Positions 11,201 to 24,594 of a DNA stretch of 39,028 bases are shown in pieces. The notes under the pieces are model-generated. The model had not been told where the DNA came from. It saw only the letters and a program-made list of their open reading frames with translations, and did no database searches. Within the stretch, counting starts at the first letter, position 1; every line of letters starts with the position of its first letter. This DNA is from Spirogloea muscicola (taxonomy: Eukaryota), in the NCBI GenBank assembly GCA_009602725.1, contig WELB01000015.1, positions 48,985 through 88,012 of the forward strand. Direction: 5' to 3'. The position numbers and the translations under genes were made by a program.

Positions 11201-14200
11201 GTTCAATGTTTCTGAAGCTCAGCGGTACGTTGACATGACCAGCCAGGCTGGATTGCCTAGGCCACCTGACTTTTCCAGATGCCCACTTCTCTTGCCAACC
11301 CCTGAAGTATATGTTTTCCTTACTTGTATGTATGATGAGGCAGACAGCAGATATCTTGACGGTGTTTCGCTTCCCTTCAAGCAGGGAGAAAGATATTTTT
11401 GCTTGCATGATTCAGAGCCTCTTCGATGAGTACCGCTTTTTCCCGCGATATCCGGACAGGGAGCTTCAGATAACGGCTGTTCTCTTCGGTAGGTGACTTT
11501 CCTCTCTCTGATATAGTAAAGTTTTGCACATTGCACACTAGAGAAGTGGAGCTTGTGATGAGCAGCATTGACCACTTGACTTTGTCAATATGTTCAAGGG
11601 TGTCGAAACCCTAAACCCTAACATCATTATTAGATGTGGGATGCTGCAACTAATGTGCAGTTCATGTGTTTGCAGGTTGTCTTATTAAGCATCAACTTGT
11701 AACGCACGTCACACTTGGACTTGCTCTCCGCTGCGTTCTTGACGCCCTGCGCAAGCCCTTGGACTCCAGGGTCTGCTGTTATCCATGACCTGCCAAAATG
11801 GGTTGCTTCGCCACCATCAAGCCGCCAATTGATCTGGTAGTGGTGTGGAACAAAGGTGGTGGCTTTGCTGCTTACCTCAGTGGCTTGTACACCTCCTTCT
11901 CTGCAGATGTTTCAATTTGGCATCCGATCGCTGGAGCAATTTCTGGACCGCCTCGTGGAGTGGCCTCAGTACTGCAACCACATCTTGCAGATTTCGCACC
12001 TGAGAGAGTCGCATGCAGAGCTCGTGTCCTTTGTCGAGCTGTCGTTGAGTCGGGTCTCTTCAAGCCAAGGCGTGATCACTGCGAATAGCACCAGCAGCTT
12101 GGAGAAGCAACAGGCAGCTCCACAGAGCGTTGCCACCGAGGACGCCTCGTCTGAGCAAGCTTCGGAAGCAGGCAGTGCTCGTGATGTTGGTCACAAGATG
12201 GAGGAGAGCCAGGCTGAGGCTGACTCCGCAGCTCCTCACCTACCAGAAGAGGCATGTCTGCCGACCACTTTTGCCCTGAGAGCACAAGTAGAGTTTGCTG
12301 CAACTTGGATGTCCTTGTGCCCTTACAATTTCTTACCTTTTGCCATAGCATGTTCTGAAGGTGCAGCATTCGATTGTGAGTAGCGCTGCTACTATGCCAT
12401 CGCAACCAGAAGCTGTCCCAGTCGGCTCACCTGCCAAGGAGGAGATGCTCTACTCAGCTGCTCGATCAACAGCCGGGAGACCAGCTGGTGAAGTAGCAAG
12501 CATAAATGCCTGTTGTGAGAAGTGCAGCAATTTTCCACTTGTCATGCCTCATATTTTACGAGTTACACTGTAGATGCTGTGTCGGTCTCAAGTCAGAATA
12601 TCTTACTAGCTGTGTTGCTTGCGCCTTCATGTCAGGTGCTCCAACAAGGTCACCGGGCTCAAGCGGTGGCTTTGGTCATGCTCTGAACATTGAGACGCTG
12701 GTCTTGGCAGCTGAAAGCCGGGACGGTGCTCTGGAGGTACCTACTCATGCCAGTCTGCATCACTATTGCCTTTATTCAGCTCATTCTGTAGCTTTCCGTC
12801 CACTCCTACGCTGCAAGCTGACACGTGCAATGCAAGAACTCCTCACAGGCGCCAAGCTCAGACGTTCAGGACAAGGTTGCCTTCATTGTGAACAACATTT
12901 CCACCATGAATCTGGATCAGAAGGCCAAGGAGCTTCTAGACATTGTCAAGGAGGCATTCTACCCATGGTTCGCTCAGTACATGGTGATGAAAAGGTACCA
13001 GCTTCTTGGTTCCAGCTTGCCATCCAGTAGAAGGAGAAGGCTCTGTGGTCATTATTACTGTCAAGCTTGTGATTTCAGTTTCAATGTGGGAGGATTGAGC
13101 TTTTGGCCATCTAATTCGACTGGAATGGGTCCCTTGATCTTAATGCAGGGCAAGCATTGAACCAAACTTCCATGATCTTTACGCCAAGTTCCTGGATAAG
13201 ATCAATTCCAGGACCATGCAGAAGGAAGTTGTGAAGGCTACATACGAAAACTGCAAGGTAGATGCCAGATGAGCTGATTATCAACGCTCCTTCAAATGGC
13301 TTTGATCTGATAGATGCATGATGCCACCTCCATATTCTGCTCTCTGTGTACCCTAATCATTCTGTTGTGAAAGCCTCACAGAAAACTCAATTTCAGATTA
13401 CCCAAAGGCCACTGCTAAAGTTGATGAAGTTGCAGCAGCAAATCAACCACAGATTCGGGTTATGGAATGTGTGGCACACTACTCAAAGTCTGATATGTCT
13501 ACCTTTTTTATCCTTAGGTTCTCCTGCGCTCAGAGCTCATCAAATCAAGCTCTGAAGAACGCTCACTTCTGAAGAATCTTGGCAGTTGGATGGGAAAGCT
13601 AACAATAGGGCGCAATCAGCCCTTACGAGCAAAGGAGATTGATCCTAAATTGCTCATCATAGAGGTTTGCTTTATATGCTCATTTGTTGACATAAAGTGT
13701 GGTCAACCTGACGACTTAGGCAGAGGAAGCTTCTTAAGAATAAGGTCATGTTAGAGGTTCTGTTCAGCACATTTGGCTTGTAGCTGTTGATAGTAGGGGC
13801 TGTGATTGTTTCTTTGAGGTATCATGGATAAAAGTCTGACAAGATTCTCACCACCTTGCTGTTGGACAGGCGTATGAAAAGGGTCTCATGATAGCGATTA
13901 TACCATTCACTTCAAAGGTACGGTTAAGGTGCTCGATTGATGCATGATGAGCAATTGGCCTATCATTGGGTCAACTTCGTGCATGAAGTCAAACTACAGA
14001 CATATGTCTGCCCCTGATTGTGGAGCCTTCCTGAACAACTGTCCTGCCAGATCCTTGAACCTTGCAAGAGCAGCCTCGCTTACCAACCGCCCAATCCTTG
14101 GACCATGGGCATCCTTGCGCTGCTCGCTGAGATATACAGCCTTCCTGGTTTGAAGATGAACCTGAAGTTTGACGTTGAGGTATGAACAATGTCTCATGTC

Positions 14201-17200
14201 AGCCATTGCCGCCAATATAGCTACCTTGATGGTAGTCGGTTAAATGTTTTGTGTATATAATCTTGTGTGCTTTAGAAGTCAGCACTGTGTGGTGCGAGTC
14301 TCACATCGCAGTCCTTGCACGCTGCCCATTTGGTTGAGCAACCAATACTGCATAAGCCCTGGGCAGGTCTTCTTTGGCCCAAGCTTAACGAGGATGATAC
14401 CTTCTTGAGCGCCTCAAGTCGGGCATGTTGGTCCTCAGAGATATATGACTATGGTGCTTTGTATGGCTATGTCAGGTACTCTTCAACCACTTGGGTGTGC
14501 ATCTGAAGGATGTCAAGCCCTCAAAGCTGCTGCGTGGACGTCAACGGGAGACCGAAGGCAACCCAGATTTCTCATCTAAGGACCTTGGCATCTTACCGAG
14601 CATGGCGGAAGCTCCCAGAAAAAGCGGAATCGTTTCCCCTGAACTTCATCCTTCTCCAGTGCTTGCTCAACCAGCTGCAAGTCACCACCCCCTGCCAACC
14701 ACCGCGACTCAGGTGGCTCTGCAGCTTCAGCCTTGCTCAGCAAGAAATCAATACCAGCTTCTTTTGCTTGTTGTTGTCCTTACTTTGGTCACCTTTGTGG
14801 TTCTCAAGCTCCTCTTGTTGTAGGCATATGAAGGTTCTAAGGTATCTCTCAGCTTGCAAGTACCTGTATGGTCCAGGTATCGCAGGTGCGCCCAACTCAG
14901 CCACTACTAAAGCAGAAGGAGCCAGAGGCCAAGGTTCATACTCTTCCTACTACCGAGGTTGCCCCTGGGCCGTCAACTACAACAGCTCTTCTAGCCCCGT
15001 CAACATTCTCGCCGCAGCAGGTGCATCGATGTGCACCCTTGAGGCTATGGCCTCCAAGCGTACTTTATGTATACTAACACATTTATTTATTCAGTAAGCT
15101 AAGAGCCAGAATCACGCTGACACAGAGATGTTTGTGGAGCAGTGCTGAAGCGCTTACTTGTTGGATTGCTGATGCCTGTTGGCACTCGATTGTGCAGACT
15201 GCTGTGGCCATCCCAAATCTGGTTGCCTATATTGTCTACAACTCCAAGTTAGCTGGCCTCAGTCAACAGTTGCAATTGCAGAGGTGAAGATGTCATCCAG
15301 GAGAAAGGTTATGCTGTCATTTGATAGATTGACATTCAAGTATAACACCCGTGCAAGGCACTTGCGTCCTTGATGTACCTTGCTAGACATCTGTAACTCA
15401 TTTATTGCAATCATCTGGGCAGGACTGTACCGGCTGCAATGGAGAGGGCGATAAGAGAGATAATAACCCCAGTGGTTGAAAGGAGTGTCACAATAGCTTG
15501 CATGACCACGCGGGAGCTTGTTATGAAGGTTGTGATTTGCCCGAGCTGAAAGTTGGCATCTCGTATCTTGTCGAGAATGTACTACATGTAACACCGTCAT
15601 GATGTAGTCAATCGCAAATAGCCAGAAAACTGAGTTTTGCAAATGTGCTTTGAGCTGAGATTGCAACTCATGCAGGACTTTGCCATGGAGGCGGAGGATG
15701 GTCGTACCCAAAAGGCTGCAAACTCCATGGTTGCAAGTCTGGCTGGGAGTCTGGCTCATGTGACAAGCAAGGTAGCACTTCAGTCCACTGAGTCTCATGT
15801 CTTCTTGGCTTTGTTTTGCTTCCAAGAGCAGCATCAAGATGTGTTGCAGAAACCTCAAAAACTACAATGCTTGCTGGAGTAGCACTAGCTATTGATTGAC
15901 TGGGATACTATATGCCGAAAGCCTTGCTATAGACATTCAAGCAACTCCTTCAACGTTCACGCAGAATCAGCAAGGACTATATGCGACAATGACCTGTATG
16001 GTTGCTTGTACCCTCTGTGCACTTGTATCAGGAGCCTCTTCGGCAGGCACTGGCCAATCACCTTCGAAACCTTCTGCAAGGCAGCAACCTCAACAGTGAA
16101 GTTCTTGAGCAAGCTGTCCAGCTTATTACCAATGACAACCTTGACTTGGGTTGCGCTGTTATTGAAAAGGCAGCCACAGAGAAGGTATTGCCTCTTGTTG
16201 GTGCTGCTGACTATTCTGCTCTGCAAAGACACTGGTTCCATCTTTCATTGTCAAGTAGAGGGAGTAATGTCACTTGCAAGTGCAACCAATCTACATTGTT
16301 TGCTATACAGCTATTTATGTGTCAAGATTGCTCAATTTCTAAGATTTGTCAACTGAATCTGCTGATGTTTTCTAGGCCCTTCACGACCTTGAGGAAACTC
16401 TTGGACCTGCATTGGCTGCAAGGAAGAAGTCAAGAGAGCAACTGGGGGCCACATTCTACGATGCATCAATCTACTCCCAAGGCAGCTTGTCACGTCTGCC
16501 CGAAGCTTTGAGACCAAAGCCTGGGCGTCTGTCAGCCACGCAGTACAGAGTGTACGAAGTGAGCAACATACCATCCTATAGTATTGATAGCCGCTCTGGT
16601 TTGCTGCTGCAATCATCTGTTTCGAATACCACACTAATTGAATTGAAGTTGCATGAGTGTTTCAAGGACTAAGTCTCGGCTTGGCATACGCACATGTGTA
16701 CAGGATTTTGCAAGATTGCCTTTGCAAAATCAAGCAAGCTCTGTGCCTCCCCAGCAAGCAGCTGGAGGGGCACAAAGTGTTGCTGCCCCTGTACCACCGG
16801 GCCCAACACCTAACCCTAGTCTTCGCGCAGCAGCTCATACCAGCAGCAGCAACTTTGGGCCTGGTGTTTTGCAACAAGGTTCAGGACAGGCATCAGCACC
16901 TGCTGTGCAACAAGAGTATGAAGTACAAACAAATAGGTGTGATCTCTTCTCCCAACTTTGACAATATTGTAGGTCAATGGTAACCGTGTCAGTAAAGTGG
17001 ACTGCTGATTTGTATTCATTCATTGTATACATATTCATGAACCTGTGTCTATGAACCTTAGAGACACTGCTGACTCGAAGAGTGCTCATGTCTGCAGCTT
17101 CAATTCCACTTTGCATCAACCGCTTGTTACTGATGCTGGGTCTCGCCCAAGCCAAGAGACAAGTCAGAGTTACTCTGCAAGTGCAGCAGAGGTAAGAGTA

Positions 17201-20200
17201 GTCTGCAAATACCCTGTGATTGGTGCCCATTGTCCTTGCAGTTGTCGAGCAGTCTTTCAGTTCAGGTTAACGTATCATCATGTGATCACTCTGGCTGGTA
17301 CTTCATTCTGATATGAGACTATCTCATTCACAGGCAACAGGCACAGTTGCTCCAACCTCTGCACTTGATGCCACTGGCATACCTGAGCCATCTCTTACTA
17401 CAGGCGAAGCTCTTGAACAATTCAAGGCAGTCGCTCAGAAGGTACATTTGGTCTGTTGTGGAGTATATGAGTGTCTTGTGTAGTAATGTGATGAGCTTAG
17501 AGAATATTAGAAATGTTATGAAAATGTGAGCTGGCGGCTATCCTAATGATTGTTGTGCACAAGTCAGCAGTGCTTTTAATGCTTTGTCAAGAAGAATCAT
17601 TGTACATAGGAGCTCTTCTGCCTTGTTGTGAATTCCTTCTAAGTACACCTGCAATGGTTCTCATACTACATGTTGTCTCCATGTTGCATTGCATGAAACG
17701 TGCAGCTTGAGGTGGCTCTTGTGCACTCACCACAGGCTACTTTCACAGCTCTACCATCCGAACATGAGATTCGAGTATGTTGAGAGCAAGCAAGTCCCAC
17801 AATGTGCAGCTTTTGACGTGATCTGCTCATGCTGCTTTCGTGTTTGTCATGCAGATGCCTGTCATGCATCAACGTGTCTTCTCTTTTGTGTGTGGTTGGT
17901 ATCTGCTTGTTACTTGTGGACCTTCAGGCCTTCGGTTGCATGTGTAATACTGATTTGCAGCATGAAGTTGGTTGTCGTGCAGGTGCTTGTTCAAGAAATG
18001 ACCGATTTGATTATGCAATCTGTGAATCGCGATGAGGTTGCTCTAGCCATTGCTCAAAAGGTGCTCACCTTCTATCAGCACTGACTTCATAGCCCCTTTT
18101 TAAAAAGATTGTACTGGGGTGCCTGGCATGATGCTACTCATGCACCTACAAGGCATGCAGATAGGGCCTGTGACACAAGTTCTGTTTACATGCCTCCCAG
18201 GTTTTCAAGATCTTGTACGAAACAAGCATTCTGGCTCACTCAACAGTTTACATTGCAATACTTGAACATATTCGCGACATCTGCAAGCTGGTCGTCAAGG
18301 AGCTGACAAGCTGGGTATGTCGATAGCTGGTGTTGTAAGAATGTGGATATATCCACATTACTTGTCAGTAACTATGCTTTGAACGGATGGGCAATTCAGA
18401 TGCTAATGTCCAGATTGTTGACAGGTCATCTACTCTCATGAAGACCGCAAGTACAACAAGGAGATCACTGTGGGCCTCATTCGAGCTGAGCTTATTGCCC
18501 TCAGTGACTACAGTGTATACTTAGCAAAGGCCATGGATGGTGGACGCTATGGTACGTGCTCCTTATTATGTGCCTGATGCAATGCATACTGCCTAGTGAG
18601 AACACTTGTTGGAAGCTATAATTGCAGACGTGTACCACAGGTCTTTTACTGTGGTTAGCATTCACGGGCTCCCCAGTGGCAATGAAGGTGGCAGCTTCCT
18701 TATGATGCTCAGTGGATCTTTGGTTGCAGCTATTGCCACTGAGTTTGCCGTCTACCTTGTGAAGACCTGCGTCATTCAAGAATCTGTTGTCAGTGCCGCA
18801 GATTTGTACAACATCATTGAACTCCTTGGCAAGGTACAATGAGTGTGTCCCTCTCTTGTTCTGCTCAGCTAAAATCAAGCAAGGCTCTCCTGGGGCGAAT
18901 ATCTTGTAATTGCAGGCTCTTGTGCAGATTGCTCAAAGGCCAGGAGCTCCAGAAAGCCTGCAGCAACTGGTGGAGTTAGCAAGATCTGCAAATGCAGCTG
19001 CTGGTCAGGCACTCTCTGCAAATGTAAAGGATGACAAAGGCAGGCCAAGCCAGAAGAGAGTAAGTTCTACATACTTTGCATTATCCTGTCTGACGAAAAC
19101 TGGTACACCCGGTAGGCAGCTTTATCATATATTTCGGCATGTCTTGAGTTGTGTAACTGCAGTGCTTTATCTGGAGTTGGGTACACAAGCATCTGAACAA
19201 CCGCGAACTGGAGCCTGTGTAGCAGAAGCTGACTGCTTGTCCAACTCCTGGTCCAGGTGTTGGCTGCTCGACCTGCAGGTACCAAGGACGATGCCCCACT
19301 CCCTGAGAGTCCTACATTGCAGCAGGTAAGTTCTTCAACTGTGATCTGATATGCAATTATTGATCCTTCATTTGAGTGGCACATCTAATGCAGAGCAAGG
19401 CTTTTGGGTATGTGGTTAGATAGGGTCAAGATGATCTTCTAGCAAGGGCTGAATAAATTTGTGTGCACCCTGAAGCTGTCTGCCAGCTCTGTGGCACGTA
19501 GCCAAACTGAATGCACACATAAGAACAGGAAGTTTGCACAATGTCCTTCACGTGTTGCTGGATCACAGTGCAACTCTCTGACAAGTAAACTATGAAAGAT
19601 TCTCTTGGCAGTGCATGTACTGAAATATGGTAAAAGCACTTGTTATCTATTACCATCCAGGTGGTGGTATTCTTTGATGATTGGGCTCGGATTTGCGACC
19701 TGCCTAGTGGCGACAATGCACACGTGTTGTACATCTCCCAGCTTCAGCAAGCTGGCATGCTTAAAGGCGATGATATGTCAGAGCGCTTCTTCCGGTTGCT
19801 CATGGTGTGTAACCTCACCTGTCATTTCAGTCATGATTCATGGGAGCTCGTACTTCTGGAGCAGCTCAATGCCATTCATGAAAGCAGGACTCAATGGTCT
19901 GGCCCTTGCTTTGCAGGAGCTGGCTGTGGGCCACTGCCTAAGTAGTGAGCTTTCACACAGTTCTGGAGTTACTCAAGGTGCCCAAGGGCTGTCATATACA
20001 GCTATTGACATGTATGGCAAGCTAATCTGTGGTCTCTTCAAGGTAAGGCCATGTCCCTCATTCATTGTTCCAATATGCCGAGGAACTCCTGAGTAATACT
20101 AAACCCTGCAGTACTTTGCATAGACTACATTGTTGTGCTGCTTGCAACGCACACTGCTTATGCTGCTGAGACAGCCACCTTGTGCTCAGGTCTGATTGTA

Positions 20201-23104
20201 CTTGTGGTTTGTCTTCTGTGGCAGCACTCTGATGATAATCCTGGCACCACTGCCACGAGCAGAGTGAATCTCCTCAATAAGGTGAGCCCTGACATACGCC
20301 TACTTTTTCCCGGGACTTGCAGTGTCTGTGCTTTATGCATTGGAAAAGATAGTAGCCTTCCCTCCGTGCTCAGTGATACCAGTGAGAATCCTGGGCTAAT
20401 ATCACTCAGTCTGTTTCTAATCGAAGGACAGCTGTTGTGGACAGGTTCTTAGTGCAGCAGTGCGCTTCATTCAAAGAGATGCTGATGAGAGGAAGGGTGC
20501 ATTCAACCTCAAACCCTACTTTCGCCTATTTCTGATCTGGCTGACGGACCTCAACACGGGTGATCCACCCTCAGAGGCAGTCGACTTTCAGGTATCTGTG
20601 ACGATGCATAAAATTTTGTCTGACAGCCGCTTGTTGTCACAAAATAATCCTGGGATTCAGCTGGGTCTTGTTGAGAGCAGTGTCAGGTTGTGCTCATATG
20701 CCAGAGGCTGCACAGGATGCTGACTTGCAAGCTTTACATGCAGGTGATGACATCTTTGGGCACTGCCTTCTTGAACCTGCAGCCAATACGGGTCCCTGGT
20801 TTCAGGTGTGTAAGCTTCTCACTCTAGGTGTGGCAACCTGCAGATTTCTCCAGAGACTTTGCACTAACAGCCATTTTTATGCTAATGCTGTGCTCTGACT
20901 TCTGTGCTCTGACTACCTGTTGCAGTTTTGCTTGGCTGGAGGTAATAAGCCATCGTGCGTACATGCCCAAACTTCTTCTGGCTCCTTCTCAGAAGGGCTG
21001 GCCTCTGTTTCAGCGCCTTCTCATATCTCTTTTCAAGTTTATGGAGCCATACCTTCGAAATGCAGATCTAAGTGACCCGGTGAGTGAAGATGTTGTTCTG
21101 AGGGCTTGCGCAGCTGACCAAGACCAGTCATTTCAATAAATTCCTTGAGAGGAAGCTACTGAGCTCCTTCCTCCAAGACAGTACGATCCAAGAATTCATG
21201 ATCTCTGCAGATTCTTATCCAATGCAAGTCCCTTGTAGATTGCAGCAATCTAACGTGACCTTCAGTACCTCTCAGGTACGGGTGTTGTACAAAGGCTCCT
21301 TACGAGTGCTGTTGGTGTTACTTCACGACTTTCCTGAATTCCTGTGTGATTATCACTTCAGCTTTTGCGACGTAATTCCCTCAAGCTGCATACAGATGAG
21401 GAATCTCATCCTCAGTGCCTTCCCAAGGAACATGAGACTGCCAGATCCTTTCACCCCAAATTTGAAGGTGCAAGCTCACAGCTGAATCATCGAGTTGTAT
21501 ATGTAGCCTTTGTTAGTGCCTGTCTCGAGAACCTGACTATAACAATTCACAAGGAAATTCCTTGTTCACTAGATTGTGTACTCCTCCTCTATTCCCTTGT
21601 TTTGCTATTCCTGCTTCGAGACGGTTGATGGAGTTGCCATTTAGGAGTGACAATGCTAAGGAGGCTAAAAGCTTGTGATTCTGGAGCTCTAGGACGTCTG
21701 ATCATGTCAGAGTCATCACATCTGCTAATGTGCTCAATTGCTTGTGTTGGTGGGCAGGTTGACCTCCTACCAGAAATAAACCAGCCACCAAGGATCCTCT
21801 CTGTTGTCGAGTCAGTTCTCTCCAGCAAGCAACTCAAAGTTGAGCTTGATGATTATCTGAAGGTGCGCACAGAAGCCAAGTCTCCAAGTCATATCATCTG
21901 GCCGCCACTTTATCACTTGCCTTGGTAGCAACTCATGTTGCATCCTATCCTCACAATATGTGACTGACATTGTTGTAAATCTTGACATGACTGGCAGACA
22001 AGGCAGCCAGCCTCCTTCTTGTTGGAGCTCAAGTCGCGGTTGCTACACACCCAGCAAGAGGCAATCCAAAGTGGAAGTCACTACAATGTTGCGCTCATGA
22101 ACGCTGTCGTCCTCTATGTTGGTGTCCAGGTATGTGTAAACCATGATAAATGGACGGGCCACACTCGATGTCTACTTCACCTTCAATTTGCTTCTTTAAC
22201 ACCACTGCTTTATTACTCACAGATTCTGCCTCATTTACAGTGACAGCACTTTGCTGGGGCCATGGTGAAGCTCGCAGTGATGACATACAGCTCTAAGTAC
22301 TTGGGCAGGCTAGACTTGAGTTGGACTGGAGCTCTGCCGAGAGCTGACCTTGAGACTTGCTTTTCCAGGCCATTCATCAGCTCCAGAGCAAAGCAACTCC
22401 GCAGCAGCTGACGGTGCAGTCGGCACCAATGACACACAGTGCACCCATGGACATATTCCAGCAACTTATTACCGACCTCGACGCGGAAGGAAGATACCTC
22501 TTTCTGAACGCCATAGCCAACCAGCTCCGTTATCCCAACAACCACACGCACTACTTTTCATGTGTTCTCCTATACCTCTTTGCAGAGGCGAGCCAGGTGG
22601 GTGTGACTCACGTGCAAACTAGCGGACTTTGCACATGCACCATGCTCGGTCTGACCTCACGCAGTGGCTGTGAAGGCATGCACCTCGAGCCAAAAGTGAA
22701 TGCTTGTCATCCTGCCGTTGGCATTGTGTTGCTTGGCAGGAGATACACCGGGAGCAGATCACCAGGGTTCTTCTCGAGCGCCTCATCGTGAACCGGCCAC
22801 ACCCCTGGGGCCTTCTCATCACTTTCATCGAGCTCATCAAGGTATAGCGCATAAGGCTCAGAAGGCATCAGCTCACCAGCGAGGAGAGCTGCATGCGGTC
22901 GTCAATTACCGTCGCTGATTGCTCTCGTGTCTGGCTGACCAGAACCCGCGCTACAACTTCTGGAACCACCCTTTCACGAGGTGCGCGCCCGAGATCGAGA
23001 AGCTTTTCGAGTCGGTGGCGCGATCGTGCATGGGGCCCCAGCAGAAGCAGCAGGAGGAGGAGCTCCCACCCGCCATGTCGCAGGAGCAGCTCAAGTCCCT
23101 CTAG
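8245..23104 (+). CDS. NOT1: CCR4-NOT complex scaffold subunit NOT1 (~45 exons; apparent N-terminal truncation and one apparent frameshift)
   Basis: Conserved motifs across exons: [212 protein letters not shown] stop at 23102-23104. Confidence 0.95.
11606..11621 (+). repeat. Interstitial plant telomere-type repeat (AAACCCT)x2 / telo-box in a NOT1 intron
   Basis: AAACCCTAAACCCTAA read directly; reverse complement is a TTTAGGG repeat. Confidence 0.6.
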
Positions 23105-24594
23105 GGAGGCGGGACGCCGTACTGCAATCGGTACTCCATTGTGGCCGTCCACTTGTAGGTATTCTTTGGTCGCAGGCAATGGTTACGTCGTCTGGGAATG
23201 ACAGCGACTGCTTAAAGAGCAGCCACTGGATCCAGCCCTGTACATATCAATCTTGACAGTGTTTAGTCCTGTAAATCTGCTGTGGAGCACTTTCACTTAG
23301 CATGCCCCAATGCTCGCGAATCTATCTTAAGATACCTAATCATGCTTTGCTTTGCGCTGCCTTGCTGGGAGGTGTGCGTGCACTTTGTGCCAAGTGGTAA
23401 TAGCCAGGGCGGCAACCGTGGGGAACTTTCAACCTCGTCATTGCTTGCATAGAGCGTACAATTTTAAGTCCACCAAGGTGTTAGTCTTGACGCTCTGCCC
23501 AAGAATAGTGGGGTTGGCGCCTCGCCCATTAGAAATTGCAGGCAGTATGTATTGAGCATTGTCGCAGGAGCTCCGCGCTTGCACCGCAGCATCAGAAGGG
23601 GCTCTGCTCAGCTAGACAAACTGTCACGAACTTTGCGGCTGGGCTAGGTGCAGGCCAAGGTCAGCAGCAAATGATGATATCATCGCTCCTACAAAAGTCA
23701 CTAGTACCAAAGCGAATGGCAAATATTTAAGCAAAGGAGATCATTTTGCCAAAAAATTTCCTCTGTTACCATGGTAGCTGCATGAGTTAAGGCTGAAGCA
23801 GGAGTAGGTACTATTATTGCATCTGGCAACCAAGTATGTGTCCCTATCTGAGCAGATTTTCCTACTGCCAGGCAGAGGGGATTGACCTCCTTTAATACTC
23901 CGCAGCCCAAGCTTGCCACAGCAAGGAGTTCCTGGCCTGTAGTATTCCAAAGAGTATACTTTTCTATGATTTTCGCTTGTGTAGCTTCCCATTCTGTAGA
24001 TCCTTTGCGTTTCTATATTGCTTTCTGTGATACAAGAAAGGATGCTATAATTATCATCTGTATTTTGTTTTTTGTAGGAGCAGTTGACAGGCACAGCTTT
24101 ACGCAATACCTGTGGGCCTTGCAACGATTGCAAGAGGGTAGTAGGCTGCTGTACTTGGTTCATTCTATTTTGGGCTGGCTTTTCCAGCCCCTATCCTCAA
24201 TGGGCGAGCCCTTTCTTTACTAGGCTGCCTCTCGCTGGTCCGAGGACGTGTATGAGCAGCTTACCAATCCGGCATGGAATCGTCAACCCGGACATAGTGT
24301 CTGTGTCCCGTCTTACATATAGCATTCACTACTTTAATAGGAGATTGTGTACCCGATTTTTAATTCTAGTCGAATATTGCAGCGACCAAGGTCTAGAAGC
24401 ACAGCAAAGATACGCTTGCTTACAAGTCTTCTCAGTCGTCTTTGAATAGATCATAAGATCATAATATCTTCGGCCAGTGCCATTCAACTGGCGGCAACCA
24501 TATTTAGTTGTCTTTGTAAGCAACGCTTGGTACGCGGGCAGATGGCATTCAGGTCGGCCTGCAGCTCAGATCAGCCTGCTGCCGCCCGGCCGCC

